DNA of 64,000 nucleotides from Eledone cirrhosa (Eukaryota), in assembly GCA_964016885.1 (NCBI GenBank), contig OZ024747.1, forward strand, positions 88,970,001 to 89,034,000. Reading direction: 5' to 3'. Below, one piece after another: positions 36,715-51,492 of the stretch (its first letter is position 1; each line of letters opens with the position of its first letter). A program made the translations under genes and the position numbers. The notes under the pieces are model-generated. The model saw only the letters and a list, made by a program, of their open reading frames with translations, was not told where the DNA came from and did not search any database.

Positions 36715-39700
36715 AATTAATATAAGTAAACAACTAGTCAGACATATGGCACACACACACGCGGAGAGAGTAAACACACATACATACACACACACACATG
36801 TATAAATAACTCATAACATGAGTACTAATATATATACACCTACATATATGCATGCATTAACTTATATATTTTCAAATCCCTGGAACTGTTTTGACCTAAA
36901 CAAAAATGTCTTGTTGCTGGCTTCCATTCAGTAATGGATAGTTTAAATAAATCTTACAAAAAACATACATACATACATACTTACACAGACATACATACAT
37001 ATGCACATACATAACATATGCATACACAACACACATACATACATAACATATATACACACACATACATAACATGGATACTCACACATACATAACTCATACA
37101 TACACACACATACATAACACATATATGTAGGCATGCATGCTTAAATGCACATACACACAAAGAAAAACAAAGGCTCCCAAAAGGTATTTATAGCTAAGTT
37201 GCTCTATAGAAATCCAAGTCTACTTGTTTGAACAGTGTCCTAGATAATCAGAAATGTAAGTCAACTTATGGAGACAGTGTCTTCATTGCAGAGCTAATTT
37301 CTGTGAAGAAGCTAACAAAGAAAAATCGATAATCAAGTGGAATGACAGCCACTTAATATGGGTGCATTTGACAATCCCAACACCCATGCTCGGAGTAATT
37401 ATTGACAGCACAGACTAAATATAGAGAAAGTACGAAAAATTTTGATTAAACAATATTTCAAAATATTGCCTGTTGTTGGTTTTGCTGTAGTAGTATCGCA
37501 TCAATCAAATAAAATCTATAGCCACAAACTCATCCAGCTGAAATAATAAGAGCAAACACTAAAAATAAACAGTAAAAGAAAAAAAATCCAATGTTGATGC
37601 TTTTGTATGACTTCGAAAAAGATTACATTAAATTAGTTAATGCTTAATTGGAGTGTGGGTGGGCAATGTCTGGAAGATATTGTTTCAAAATATAATAATC
37701 ACAGGAGGAGAACAAAATTCTGTCAAGAGAGATTTTTGAGAAAACAAAATTTCTGAAACTCCCAACAATCTTGTATATTTGTTAATTGTGCAATAAGTAG
37801 GTGTGGTGTCAGGTGTAAGTAACCACAGCTTAAATAACATCAGGCAAGCATCATCATCATCATCATTTAACCCTTTAGAATTTAATCCGGCCATATCTGG
37901 CCAGAATTCTCTCACCTATTTCTGTACAAATCGGCCATAACCGGCTGCTCATACTAATGAATAATTTCAAAATCTCGTAGATTCGATATTATGTGAAATA
38001 AAGTGTTTACTGTGAAAATACAATAGTGTATATATAGAGTAATGAAAATGCTAAAGGGTTGTTTGCTTACCCTTCTGACAAGTTAGATGAGTTGGCATTA
38101 GACTGGTTAGAGACTCACTTGCTCATATGTTCCATATATTTTGGCATGGTTTCTAAGCTGGATGCCCTTTCTAATGCTAACTACTTTACAGGATGTACTG
38201 GGTGTTTTTTTTATTGTAGAAAACAACACTACTATTTTACAATGTGTACTGGATGCATTTTTTTCATGGCACCAGCATTACCTCTTTACATGTTATGTAC
38301 ATATGTATGTAAGTATGTATGTACATGTTATATATGTATTTGTGCACGTATGTTATAAATGTATTTCTGGTTTCTTTGAGATTTAAAAAGCACACACGGG
38401 AGAAGTCAAATGATACTTTAGCAAAGGAAAACAACAAGAGTTTTTAGGCCATTTTCTCTGAAAAAGAAGGGCTTGGGCTTAGCCTTGCAGGCCCCATATT
38501 AGGGTTGTTTTAGAGGTAATGTTTTACAGTTGGATGCCCATTCTGGTGCAACGTTGTTTGTGTCATCTTGTACAATACACAAGGACATGGTGAATCTATG
38601 TATCTATTTGAAACTATACACAAAGTCTGCTTCAGTAAAGGAAGCTTTCAAACAAACCTGGTTAATGTCTATAAAACAGGCAGAAATAGAAATAGAACTT
38701 GTGTGTAGGAAACAATTGAACAGTCATGAGAGACAACTAATTGCAAAAGATGATTTGAGATGTTTATCTAGGTAAAAGGCAATATGATAGAACAACATTA
38801 TACATTAATTATTAGGAGACAAAAGATAGAAAAAAAAAAAAAAAAAAACTTAGAAGCCAGACAAAAAAAAATCTTATCTGAAATGAGTTATCTCGAGACA
38901 ATTCCTGTTCTGGTTCTTGTTTAGCCCTAGGTTGATCATAGTGGAGCAGACCTATGCTAAAGGGTATTCCAACTGTGAACATGCCATATTTTACACTGGA
39001 CATTATAAAGTGTGACCTTTTCAGTCTTTTTATTCCAAACTGCCTGGAATCACTCCTGGTTCTATGATTCCTTTGAGCGATCGACAAGATCCCAGATCTC
39101 ATTCGCTTACCAAAATCTCATAGATTCAATATTATGTGAGATAAACTTTTTACCATGAAAACATAATAGTAAATCTAGAGTAATGTAAATGCTAAAGGAT
39201 TAAGTCAAACTGCCTGACTGAAATCTGAAATCTTGTTCAGAAACATTAAACAAATAAAAAGTGTTATTGGTTTTAACAATACAAGACATAGCACTTGCTT
39301 TCTCTCATTTATTTGTCTTCAATTTTAACCCTTTCCTTACATTATTTCTATGAAAAATGCTATCTATGATTTTGAAAATAATTAAGAATTTGAAGGGATT
39401 TAGTAATATAACAAATTTTCTCGTTATTAAGTAGGTATTTGGAACATAACTTATACAACTCAGGTGATTTGGTATTGAAAGGGTGAATAAACTTTAAATA
39501 TTAGCATGTTCATAATTTTTTTTTTTTTAAAGAAAAATGCTTATAAATTATTTTCTTATTCAGAAGAAACTCTAAATATCTTTGAAGACGTTTTGGCTTG
39601 GTACCAAGAAATGATTTAGGCACTGATACTGCTAAGAGATACAGCAAGAAATTTCATTTCTGCTGTATGAGTCACAGGAATTAACTACTAGACAACATAT

Positions 39701-42397
39701 AGAAGCATTGATTGATGACGGTCAGATGGAAATTTTGGACATTCATCCAACTGTATGCAAGTATATAGGAAATTTTCTTTTATATATATAACTTAAAATA
39801 AAGAAAAGAAAAGAAAATTGCTTTCTTTTTTTCTATTTTAGGAAAATTTATGTTAATATTTTCAGTTGCACATGACAGCAAGCTGGCAGAGTGATAGAGA
39901 ATCAGATTAAATGCTGATCTGATTTCAAATGTCACATAGGTCTACTGAGGTTTCCATTCCAATGACGACAGTAAAATAAGTATCAGCTATGGGTTGAATC
40001 TATTGGGCTATATTCCTTTCATTGCAAAAATTGACCTTTGACTGAATGAAAAGAAAAATCAATGAGCAGAATGAGTTCTATAATGGGTTCTGATTTAGGT
40101 ACAAGGTCAACAATTTGGGGAGAGGGGAAAGTTGATTAAATTGACCCCAGTGGATTACTGATACTTTATTTTATTGACTGCATGAAGGATGAAAGGCAAA
40201 GCTAACCTCGGCAGGACTTGAATTCAGATCGCAAACACAATGGCCGATACAGCTTGACACCAGTGACATCGCAACTCATTTCTACAGCTGAGTAAACTGG
40301 AGCAACGTGAAATAAAGTGTCTTGCTCAAGAACACAACACATCACCCGGCCCAAGAATCAAACTCAAAATCTCCCGATTGCTCTAACCACTAAGCAATAT
40401 ATATATGGCTTAGTCCTCCTCCTGTAGCAAGTAGGATGCAGTATATCACAACCTGCTAAGGCATATGGTGGTGTCCAATAAAAGAAAGGGTTAAGTCAAC
40501 CACTAATATGATAGACTTCTGCATAGTTTCTGTCTACAAGATTTCACTAACAATGCTTGAGTTGACCCAGAGCTATGTTAGAAGACACTTGCCAAAGATG
40601 CCATGCAGTGGGATCAAACCGAGAAACATTTGGGTTCAGCTATCAGTTTTTAAAAAAAAATAATATTTACCCTTTAGCATTTCTGTTCAAACCGGCCATA
40701 ATTGGCTGCTCATACTTATGTTAAGGTATTGTTCTCAAAATAAATAACATCAAAATCTCGTAGATTCAATATTATGTGAGATAAAGTGTTTACCATCAAA
40801 ATACAATAGTAAATATAGAGTAATGTAAATAGTAAAGGGGTAAAAATACCTTTTGAAACTAATTTAAAGAAAATAAAACACAGTAAGTTAAAAAAATACA
40901 TGATAGTTTCATTCTTCTGTATCTTGAAATTGAATACTGATAAAATTAGCTTAGTTTTATACCCGCCACCCTACTGGGACCAACTGACAAGCAACTGTTA
41001 TGTACTAGGGTTGGTTCTAATAACTGTATCCATTTACCCCACAAAATCATATCTTGCATCAATGTGAGGAGAAATCAATAACTGAAAAGATATAAAGTAG
41101 ATGAGAGCTAGCATTATCTCTCTATTAATGTTAACATTACTTGTTTAAAATAGCTCTATCAATAAATAAATACTTCTTATTTTTTACTGTTAATCAACTT
41201 TCAACTGTGCCATAGACATAACAACCTCCCTAGTGTTGGTCATCCACAAAAGTGAACCATTACCTAGTACACTCCTGTAAAGTGGTTGATGATAGGAAGG
41301 GCATCCAGCCTTAGAAAACCTGCCAAACAAAGGGTCAGGAAAACTCTTCAGCTATGCCAAGGAAATCACAACTTTCATAGTGTTGGTGTCACAATAAAAT
41401 GCAACTGAGTACTGGCCAGTCTGTGATGACATGACCAACCCATGCTAGCAGGGAAGATGGATGTTTGATGATAATGATGATGATGATTTGATTTCTGAAT
41501 ACAAAATTTATTAAACTATAATTACTGAAATCAGAAATATAATTTCTATGAGAGATTATCAACCATAACAATACGCCATGTGTGTTTGTATATTTATTTA
41601 TATAAATCACTTAAAAATTTACACACAAACAATGCATTTCATATATCAGTTATTTTGCTACAATAAGAAGTTCACTTTCCAATCACATTGTACTAGGTTC
41701 TAACCTTACATTTGTCACTGGAAATAGTTATTTTGTCAAAGTTACTCATATATTTGACTCTGTATGTCATTTGTACATATAAACTGAACATTTATGTAAT
41801 TTTATTCTAGAAATAAATGATTAAAATATCATTCTCATCTTTAACCCTTTAGCATTTGCATTACTCTATATTTACTATTGTATTTTCATGTTAAACACTT
41901 TATCTAACATAATATCGAATCTATGAGATTTTGATTTCATTTATTTTGACAACAGTGCCTTAACATAAGTGTGAGCAGCCAGTTATAGCTGGTTTGAACA
42001 GAGAGAGGTGAGAGAATTCTGGTGGATACAGCCGGTTTAAATACTAAAAAGTTAATCACTTCCTCGTGTCAGTAATCAACATAAACTATAGGGTTTCTCT
42101 TATGCAAACCATTATTCTATCAAAATGCAAATTTCTCAGTTTGTATGATTGGTCATATATCCAATAATCTTAGTATAAACATGGCACACTGGACCAATCC
42201 TGGACTCCAAAATTAAATATGTTCAATGCTATTGCCATCATTATTGACGGCATGGGTACACTAGTTAAAAATTACAATCATACTGAAGTGGAATTAAAAG
42301 AATTACATTGTGAAATAAAAGATTCATGCTGTTACTTGTTTGAAGTCAAAGATCCATTTAAACTGGAATTTCATAAAAGATTATACATCACATTAAC

Positions 42398-42516
42398 CTG
42401 ATGATGGTGGTGATGGTGATGGTGGTGGTGGTGGTGGTGGTGGTGATGATGATGGTGGTGGTGGTGGTGGTGGTGGTGGTGATGGTGGTGGTGGTGGTGG
42501 TGGTGATGATGGTGAT
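42398..42516. repeat. (TGG/TGA)n trinucleotide microsatellite
   Basis: Direct reading. Confidence 0.95.
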
Positions 42517-42778
42517 AAAAGTAATGATACAAAGAACAACGAAAAAGAAGAAAAAACTCCAAAATTGATAATCATCAACATGTTACATCAGCTTTACATG
42601 ATAGTGTAGCATGGATGAGTCTGCCTTTCATCAGATTATCTTTGCGGCCCAGCATCCTAAGATCTGACCTCATCAATTCTTCCAGTTACACTCCAAGAGT
42701 ACTGTTTCACCCAGCACTCACAGGCTGACGTTTCAATACCAACCTGTCCAAAACTGGCACTGGTTCTGTGTACCCCCC

Positions 42779-42809
<31 letters not shown>

Positions 42810-44229
42810 ACACTAAGGGTTCCTATTTAAATTAGAATTTTCTAACATCAATTTTTATAAGAACAATATGTTAAGTTACAATCTTACTAATAAAATAATT
42901 AATAATTTTAGTAAATCCTTCAAAATTCTTCATGAATTAATTGAAATATAGTGTATGTCATTAGAAATATTGGTTTCTGATTTAGGCACAAGGCCAACAA
43001 TTTTGGGAGAGGGGAAGTCGATGAAATCAACCCCAGTGCATTACTGATACTTTATTTTATTGACCCCGTAAGGATGAAAGGCAAAGCTAACCTCAGCAGG
43101 ATTTGAACACAGATCGTAAAGGGGTGTAACCCTATGCCATAAAACGTTGTTTCATACTCTACCGATACTGCCAATCCACCCGCCCTTATGTCATTAGAAA
43201 TATTGAAATAAAATAGCTAATGCTCAGCCACTCTCTCAGCTTGCTTGTATTCAACCAACATATCATGATAACCTTTAAAAACAAAATGACAGGCAATTGG
43301 AAATACTATTACAAAACTTTCTACAAAAGGAAATGAACAATCAGAGACAAGAAACAAAGCTTTCTCATGGGTATTACAAATATACAGTGAAATTAAATAA
43401 TTACGTAAAGGAGATAAGATCAGGTTGTGGAGTTTAGTAAAGCAACAAATTAAATTTTATTCTCTGTGAAAAGCAAACAGTGTGGTTACACCACAAGTTG
43501 TATTTCTCTATGGGTAGAAAAATGAAATTGATCTGACAAGTTTCTAGTTTTCTTAGACAAAAGAAAGAATACCCATCTTCTGTGCAGAGAGAGATTAGTG
43601 GCTTATAACTATTTGTAGCATACATAAAATGAGTAGAACTAGTCTAATATGCATACCAGTGTATACACTGACAATGTGGATTAACTGAATATTGTGTACT
43701 GCATGAAACACAATTAGTAAAACATTCTTGGAAAGTACAAAACAGCACCATGACTGCATCACATCAAAAACAAATGTCTTCACTGCAATAATGCATATTT
43801 TCAAAATGAAACAATGTTTCTACTAGTCTTGCACTGCTTAAACTATCTGCCACTTGCAACTCCTGGCACAAAAAGCAATATGAAATAAAGTATTTTGCTT
43901 AAGAACACAACATGCCACCCAGTTTAGGAATCAAACCCAAGACCTTATGAGCCTGAAACCAATGCACTAACTAGTAGGCCATGTGCTTTCAAGTACAGTT
44001 CATATTTTTCAAGCACAAATCAATATTTAAAAAAACACTAAGTCATACACCAAAACTAAGCTTTTCTCGACATTTTTCTGGTCAAAAACATGTGTGTTAT
44101 ACATGAATGATATATATATATATACACTGTAGAATGTATTAATAAATTAATTAAATAAAATTAATCATTACAAAGTATGAAAATAGCAGTTAATTTAAAC
44201 TTCTCATACTTCTATACTACAGAAGTTCT

Positions 44230-44650
44230 TAACTAAGAGCATTTGTCAACCTGGAGAAGGCCCTTGACAAGATAGCTTTTTAGAAAACTAAGTGTAAATG
44301 ATTGGCTTGTGTGAACTGTACCTGCAAAATTCAAGTTATAGAACTTAGCAAGGAATTTACAAAGTAGGTAGGTGTCTATCATGTCTCAACACTATCCTGT
44401 TTATTATTGTTCTCCAGGCCAAATCAGAGGAGTTTAAGACAAGTTGTCTATAATAACTTCTATGTGCTGATGACCTTGTTCTCATGGTTGAATCTGTTAC
44501 AAACGTAAAGAAGAAATTCTAATGGTAGAACCAAGGGGCCGCAATGTAAACCTAGCAAAGACAAAAGTTTTAGCAGGTAAGAAGACAGGACTCTCCTGAA
44601 TGCTGAGAATGTGAAAAGAATGGAAAGAAATGAGGCAGATATACTACTAA
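44230..44650 (+). mobile_element. Old, degraded RTE RT fragment
   Basis: AFVNLEKALD and LLCADDL-like segments, colinear with the RTE at 11862-14527. Confidence 0.55.
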
Positions 44651-47289
44651 TTCTTCTGTGAACATAGGAAGGGTATTTTTTTTCCTGATGAACATCTAAC
44701 AAGATTAGAAACATGTCAGGTTAGCCCTACTTTTTCTGCGAATGGAGAAACAGAACTTGTTGGGCAACCACTTTTACTTTCAGCAGTGAAGCTAAACTTA
44801 TATCTTTAATAAAAGAAGTATACCTTAATTTCAAATTATCAAAACACACTGTAGAATGTATTAATAAATTAATTAAATAAAATTAATCATTACAAAGTAT
44901 GAAAATAGCAGTTAATTTAAACTTCTCATACTTCTATACTCTTAATTCAGTTTGATTTTCATTCTTTCAGAGTTGGTAAAATAAATATTTTTTTACTATA
45001 TGGGGGTAGATGTAACTGGCTTGTACATACTCCCCTACAAACATCGGCCCATTGCCAACAGAAAACAGAAAAAAAGAAATCAATAATGTTTGATAGAATA
45101 GCAACACAAGAGAGGAGGGAAAATAGCAAATAGCTACAATTAAGATGAAACTAAAATCAAGAAAACTAGAGCCCATCAACTTACAATATAAAATAAACCA
45201 GTACATTGTTCTGTCCTGTTGATGTGTTCTAGTTAGCCTTTGTTTTAACTTAAACTAAATCAACAAACATTTGACCTATTAGAGTTTGTCGATCTGACCT
45301 CCACTGTAGTGAGGTAGGCACTCAGACAAGATAACCTTTTCTTCATGTTTGAAGGTGGTAAGTCACTAATCTGGAATGCTACATATTGTGATATGTTCCC
45401 CTGGTGCTAACCTCACCACTTCAGCTACAGGCCTGGACACCACTGTCCTTAACAAAGGAGCAAAAGATAACTAAATATCAGGAGGGCATCTCACCTGAGA
45501 AAGGAGCCCCATTAGGCAGAATGGCTGATGCAACAGATATCACTGACTGTTCTACGCAACAATATTTTCACCATCTTGGTCATGGGACACAGTTGTGATA
45601 TACAACCCAGCCAAAGGTATACCGTTTTTCCCTTCTCTTTCCTTTTTTTAAATTTATTTTTTCCTCGTCCTCTCCCTTTCTAAGTGGAAATTGAAACAGT
45701 CATAATGCCTGCCACATCTAAGCAAATATAGTAAACAAACAACCTTTATCTTGACAGTAATTTATCTAGCAGAGATTAACAGTAAAACATTCTAACACAA
45801 GATCAATCACACATAGTTACCAGATTTATCAGAAAAATTCTTTGTTCTCCACAATAAGGAAACTATTTCTTCATTTAAACTTTCCATTCTATGTATTTCA
45901 AATATTTTCTAGTTTGCATAGAAGACAATCTATTGTTTAGTTTAACCACACCACCTAGTACTGGGAAGATTTTAATCTTTAACCCTTTAGCATTTAAACC
46001 AGCTGTATCTGGCCAGAACTTTCTCACCGCTTTCTGTTCAAACTGGCCACTCATACTGATGTTAAGGTAGTGTTCTCAAAATGAATATTATCAAAATCCC
46101 ATAGATTCGATATTATGTGAGATAAAGCCATTATCACGAAAATATATTAAATATAGAGTAATGTAAATGCTAAATGGTTAGATTATCATATTTCTAATGA
46201 AAAACACTGCCTATGAATTTGAAAATAATCTCCAATCTGGAGAGATTTAGTAATATAACCAAACTAGATATTAAGCTGGTGTCTGGAACTAACGAAGGTT
46301 CTTAAATAAAATTATAACCAACAGTTTTTAGATAAATATAAATATTTTACAATAAACAGTTTTATATTGTTGAACCAGGGGGTGGTTCAAAATCAAAAGA
46401 GTTAAAGTAGTCCATTCCATTGGAATCATTCAAGCTAGGCCTCCAGTCTGAGGATAATTCCTACCCTTTTTCCAACTAGTCTTATAGGCCCTGGAAAGGG
46501 TAATCGACATTACTCTTATTCTACTGACTAAATGATAACAAAAAAACGGCTACTTTTCTTCATCGATAAAAGAAACTCAAATTTCCAGAAAACTGATCTC
46601 ATTCAATCTATATATATATACATATATCACAAAAGGACAATGAGTATATAAAAGGACAATATATAGAATTCATTTCCATATCCAGTTCATTACTGAATCA
46701 GAGTTACTCAGCTTTCCCTCATTAAAGAATGATCATGTATCAAACACATCATCAATAAAAATGTATGCACTGACCACAGCACAAATAGAAATATATTACA
46801 AAAAACATCCCTAGAATAAGCATTGGAGCACTTTTATTAGTAGCAATGCCATGGTGATGATATATTTATAGTTTGAAGCTACTGCTCTGTTAACTGATCA
46901 AAGAGTAATTCTTTTTTTTATTATTATTATCATCATGCCAGTTGACCAGTGTGTTAGTGAAGAGAAAGATTTTCAGTATATTTTTAAATAGAGAGTATTT
47001 ATTATTCAGAAACTGCATTTCAAGTGTATATTGATAACTGGTACCAGATAAATGTTGGAGTAATTTCTAGAAGACAACTGAAAGACTTTCTCAAACAATG
47101 AATAAAGATGTTTTTGAATGTTAGAATCAAGATTTAAAAATATGCTTTTCTTGTAAAGGAAAGTCAAAAATAAACTGACAAATATTGGAAGCTATGCATG
47201 AAATATTAGCTACAGCACAAGCTATATTTGGGTATTTTTCATAAGTTCTTAAGAATAATAATGAACTGCAAAAGCTAACTTTACAATTA

Positions 47290-47545
47290 GAGGTGTAAGG
47301 CTTAGTGGTAAGGGTGTTGAACTTACGATCATAATGTCATGGGTTTCATTCCTAGGCTGGGTTGTGTGTGGTGTACTTGAGCTAAACACTTCATTTCACA
47401 TTGCTCCAGTATACTCAGCTGAAAATGAGTACTAGCAATACCTGTGATGGACTGGCGTCCTGTCCAGGAGGAAATTGTGTACTCTCGAGTCACTTCACAC
47501 CATGAACCTGGGATAAGCACCGGCCTAACGAGCCTTCTGGCTCAA
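47290..47545 (+). mobile_element. tRNA-derived SINE family C
   Basis: tRNA-like head, central ttgagctaaacacttcatttcacattgctccag...cagctgaaaatgagtac, 3' gatggactggcgtcctgtccagg...gggataagcaccggcct. Second copy at 57232-57496 (-). Confidence 0.75.
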
Positions 47546-50500
47546 CCCTCTCGTTAAAGTAATCTCTTCTTAATACATAACATAGTATCAAGGAAAGCAA
47601 TTTATAAAAACATTCAGCCTCCAGAAGGTTAAGACAGACTTTAGACTTTAGACTTTACAATAAGAAACTTATAATAAGAAACTTATATAAAACTATAATC
47701 CTGAGTGTTAGATGTTGTGTTTTTCTTACATTACTAAGGACAACTTATGAATGATTAACTGAATGGTATATCACTAAAAGGTTTTGACATCACATAATAT
47801 ACTATTGTTATAGAAAAGGTGTCAATTATTATATATACTTTCAATATTAAAATTATGTTCCAGAGGGAGAAGCTATTTAGATATTGTGGCATTTAGTTTG
47901 TGAAAAAAAAGGATAATCTATATAGTTCTATATAATTTATTTTAGTAGACTGGCAATATAATAAACTTGGAGTACATTATACTATAGCACTAATTGTTTC
48001 TACTTTAGGCACAAGGCCAGCAATTTGAAGGGCAAAGTCGATGAAATCAACCCCAGTGCATTACTGGTGCTTTAATTTATCAACACCATAAGGATGAAAA
48101 GCGAAGCTAACCTCAGTGGGATTTGAACTCAGAACATTAAGGGCCATAACTCTGTCCTGCAAAGTATAGTGTCCAACACTCTACCAATACTGCCAATCCG
48201 CTTCCCCTAACATTATAATGCTGACAAATTCCTTTAACACTTTAGCATTTACATTACTCTGTATTTACTATTGTATTTTCATGGTAAAGGCTTCATCTCA
48301 CATAATATCGAAACTGAGATTTTGATATTATTTATTTTGAGAACAATACCTCAACATTGGTATGAGTGGCAAGTTACAGCCGGTTTGAACAGAATTCTGG
48401 CTGGATATGGCCAGTTAAGAAAATGTAAAAATAAGTCATTTTTAGATCTACAGCTAATACAAAATGTCTTGAAATTATATCCCAAGGAAAACATTTACTT
48501 TTGGGTATTAACAGAAATACAAACAATCCCCTGTTCAGACATGAAGTTGCCCTTCAACAAGCATGCAATCATTAAACAATGTTAGCTACAAACATTGGAC
48601 ATATGTCAGTCCAAACAACAATTACTACACAAAGCAATTAATCTCAGTTTTCAGGTGGTTTCATTATGATTGAAACTATCCTCATCATCATTCACTACTT
48701 AGCATCGATTTTTTTTTCACCCTGAATTGATTCAATAGGTTTGCTTAATGGCCTTTATCCAGCTATTCTCATGAACTTGATCACTTCATCTATTAACCCT
48801 ACTACCCTATATCAATATTAATAAGCACTTCAGATCTTCTTGACCAACCACTCTTCTGGACATTGTATATGTATTGACAATAAATCTAGAGCACCACTGA
48901 ATATGTTAATGTGTTTCAATATTACATACCTTGTTAATGGTTATGAGTGTTCAGCTCACTGTGATAAGGTCAGGAGTTCAATACTCCGAATTAAGAGAAC
49001 ACAGCTCCGATATTACGGACAGGTGGTTAGAATGTCTCAGGAAAGAATTGATAGACAGATTTTACAGGCAAAGCCAACCCGTAGGAGACCCAGGGATAGA
49101 CTCCAAGCAAGATGGTTCAATAATATCTATGAGTTCAGCTGGTCTTGCTTGGAGATCAGCTGGATTAGTTGGAGACAGTTGCTTCTAACCGGACTCTTTG
49201 GGAGGAGTACTTAAGGACTCCAACCTCATGACCCTTCCAGTAATAAGTGGGCAAAGAAGAAGCTAAGTACCATTGACAGTCTACCCTACTCAGTGAGAAT
49301 AAAACCAAAATATGTCTGCTAATTACATAATGAGCACAATCTAAGAAAAACAAAACACACTACTAAAAGGAAAAAAAAAAAAAGGAAAAGGAAAAAAACA
49401 ATCAAGCAATGAAAGAAAAAGAGAGAGGGAGGGACAGTCATAAACAGCTTAACTCTTTAGCATTTACATTACTATTGCATTTTTGCAATAAAGGCTTTAT
49501 CTTACATAATATCGAATCTACAAGATTTTCCTGATGAAGTTATTTATTTTGAGAACAATGCCTTAATGTTGGTATAAGTGGCTGATTATGGCCGGTTTGA
49601 TTAGAAAGAAGTGAGAGAATTTTGGCTGAATACAGCTGGTTTAAATGCTAAAGGGTTAATCTGTTGTGAACACAACCAAACTCATCTGGTTTCAGCCCTT
49701 ACATAAATGAGTGGAAATTTTTTGTTTATCCTAAATTAAACACTATCAATGAAATATCACTTTTAACTGTGCATTTCCATTTTTAGAACAGAATTTCAGA
49801 GTATTGTTAGAGAAGCAAATATTTCCCTCTCGGTTTATTATCATAGCTAGAAATAATATAGAAAGTTGTTAGATATGTGGAAGCAAAAATTATATATGCT
49901 AATATGCACCTGACTTTTACCTGACTCCCTTCCCCAACCTTAGTCATCCAATCCACGCCAGAATGGAAAGCTGGATACACCCCCACAGTATACTACCAGA
50001 CATCACTCACTCCTTATTCTTCAAAGCCACCTCCAAGACCTGACACTTTAGCAGGCAACTTGACCTACCAGACTCATCTCACTCCCATCACTCCCTTCCC
50101 AGTTAGCAACCTAGTGTTGTAATGGAGTAGTGCTTTTGTCATGATAAAATACTCCCAACCTACCCTGAAAAGTGGTAGTGTTGTGTCACAATAAAAACCT
50201 CCCAGATCACAATGTAAGTTGGTAAGTACAGGTGCCACTATAAAATTCTCCCAGTACACTGTAAAGTGGTTAGCATTAGGCCATCTCTATGTCTTTCTCT
50301 AAATTTCAAATATGGCATCCCTTCTCTAGCAGCAGACATGAGGAGAAATTGTTCATTAGAAATTGGCCAGATTCAATGATTTAACAATCATTGAATGCAG
50401 AAAACACCATATTCCCCCTCCATACACACACATGATGTATCTGTGTGTATATCATGACTTTACATTGTTCACTTTCCAGACATTTGTACATTATTCTGTG

Positions 50501-51461
50501 TACTATACAAGCACCTTTGAGAAGTTGTAGCGCGCCTGAGCCGAGCACTGTACACATCATCATCATCATCATTTTACGTCCGCTTTTCCCTGCTTGCAAG
50601 GGTGGGACGGGAACTGATTCTGGCTTGATTTCTACAGCTGGATGCCCTTCCTAACACCAACCTCATTTACAGTGAGTGCTGGGTGCTTTTTTGCCGTGGA
50701 ACCTCCACGACCACTTTGCAGTGGAATGATACGGACCCCAGTCCCTATCATCTCATTTCTACAGCTGAGTAAACTGGAGCAATGTGAAATAAAGTGTCTT
50801 GCTCAAGGAAACAACACATCACCCGGTCTGAGAATTGAACTCACAACCTTTCGATTGCAAGGCCAATGCTCTAACCACTAACCATGTGCCTCCATCAAAA
50901 AAAGTTCATTATTGAAATTATTAGTATTATTATATATTAACAACAGCAAGCAAATCATAGACATCTGATTGAGAGAAAGGATGAATGAATGAGAAATAAA
51001 GATACAAACTTGTTGAAAATAGTAGAGTTGGAACTCAAGATTAACACTTTCATTTCTATATTTCTAATGAAATACAGTGTATTTGAATTACTTAATAAAA
51101 AAAATTAAGGGATTTATAAAAATTATTTATTACTTCATTATTAACCCTTTAGAATTTACATTATTCTATATATACTATTATATTTTCACGGCAAAGGCTT
51201 TACCTTACATAATTATCTCACATAATATCGAATCTGAGATTTTGATATTACTTATTTTGAGAACAATACCTTAACATCAGTATGAGTAGCCGGTTACAGC
51301 CTATCACTAACCACCTTAGAACATGTACTGGGAGAATTTTTTGTTGCACTAGCATTAGAGAGGTTGTTGTGTTGTGACAAAGCCATTTTTGGTGTAGGAG
51401 GAGGCCAGCATATGCGTGAGCTGTCAATTTTATTTCAGTTTTATTTTTCACACACACACAT

Positions 51462-51492
<31 letters not shown>

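Larger units (their letters stand above)
29930..42401 (+). pseudogene. Heavily decayed intron-containing SMYD4-like (TPR-SET-MYND) pseudogene
   Basis: Colinear degenerate motifs: TPR-like at 30043-30083, MYND-like at 33680-33744, SET-like at 33952-35260, post-SET-like at 35299-35337, C-terminal exon-like blocks at 38530-38771, 39564-39752 and 42141-42401. Many stops and frameshifts; manual reading only. Confidence 0.45.

Noticed and set aside
42371-42581. Poly-His and poly-Pro ORFs
   Set aside because: Translations of a (TGG/TGA)n microsatellite; no splice or homology support.
42773-42795. C23 homopolymer with G-quadruplex potential on the minus strand
   Set aside because: Simple low-complexity run next to (CA)n inside a MITE; no evidence of function.
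47290-47360. tRNA genes at SINE heads (also near 58311 and 62095)
   Set aside because: A/B boxes are present but there is no full cloverleaf, and they continue into SINE bodies.
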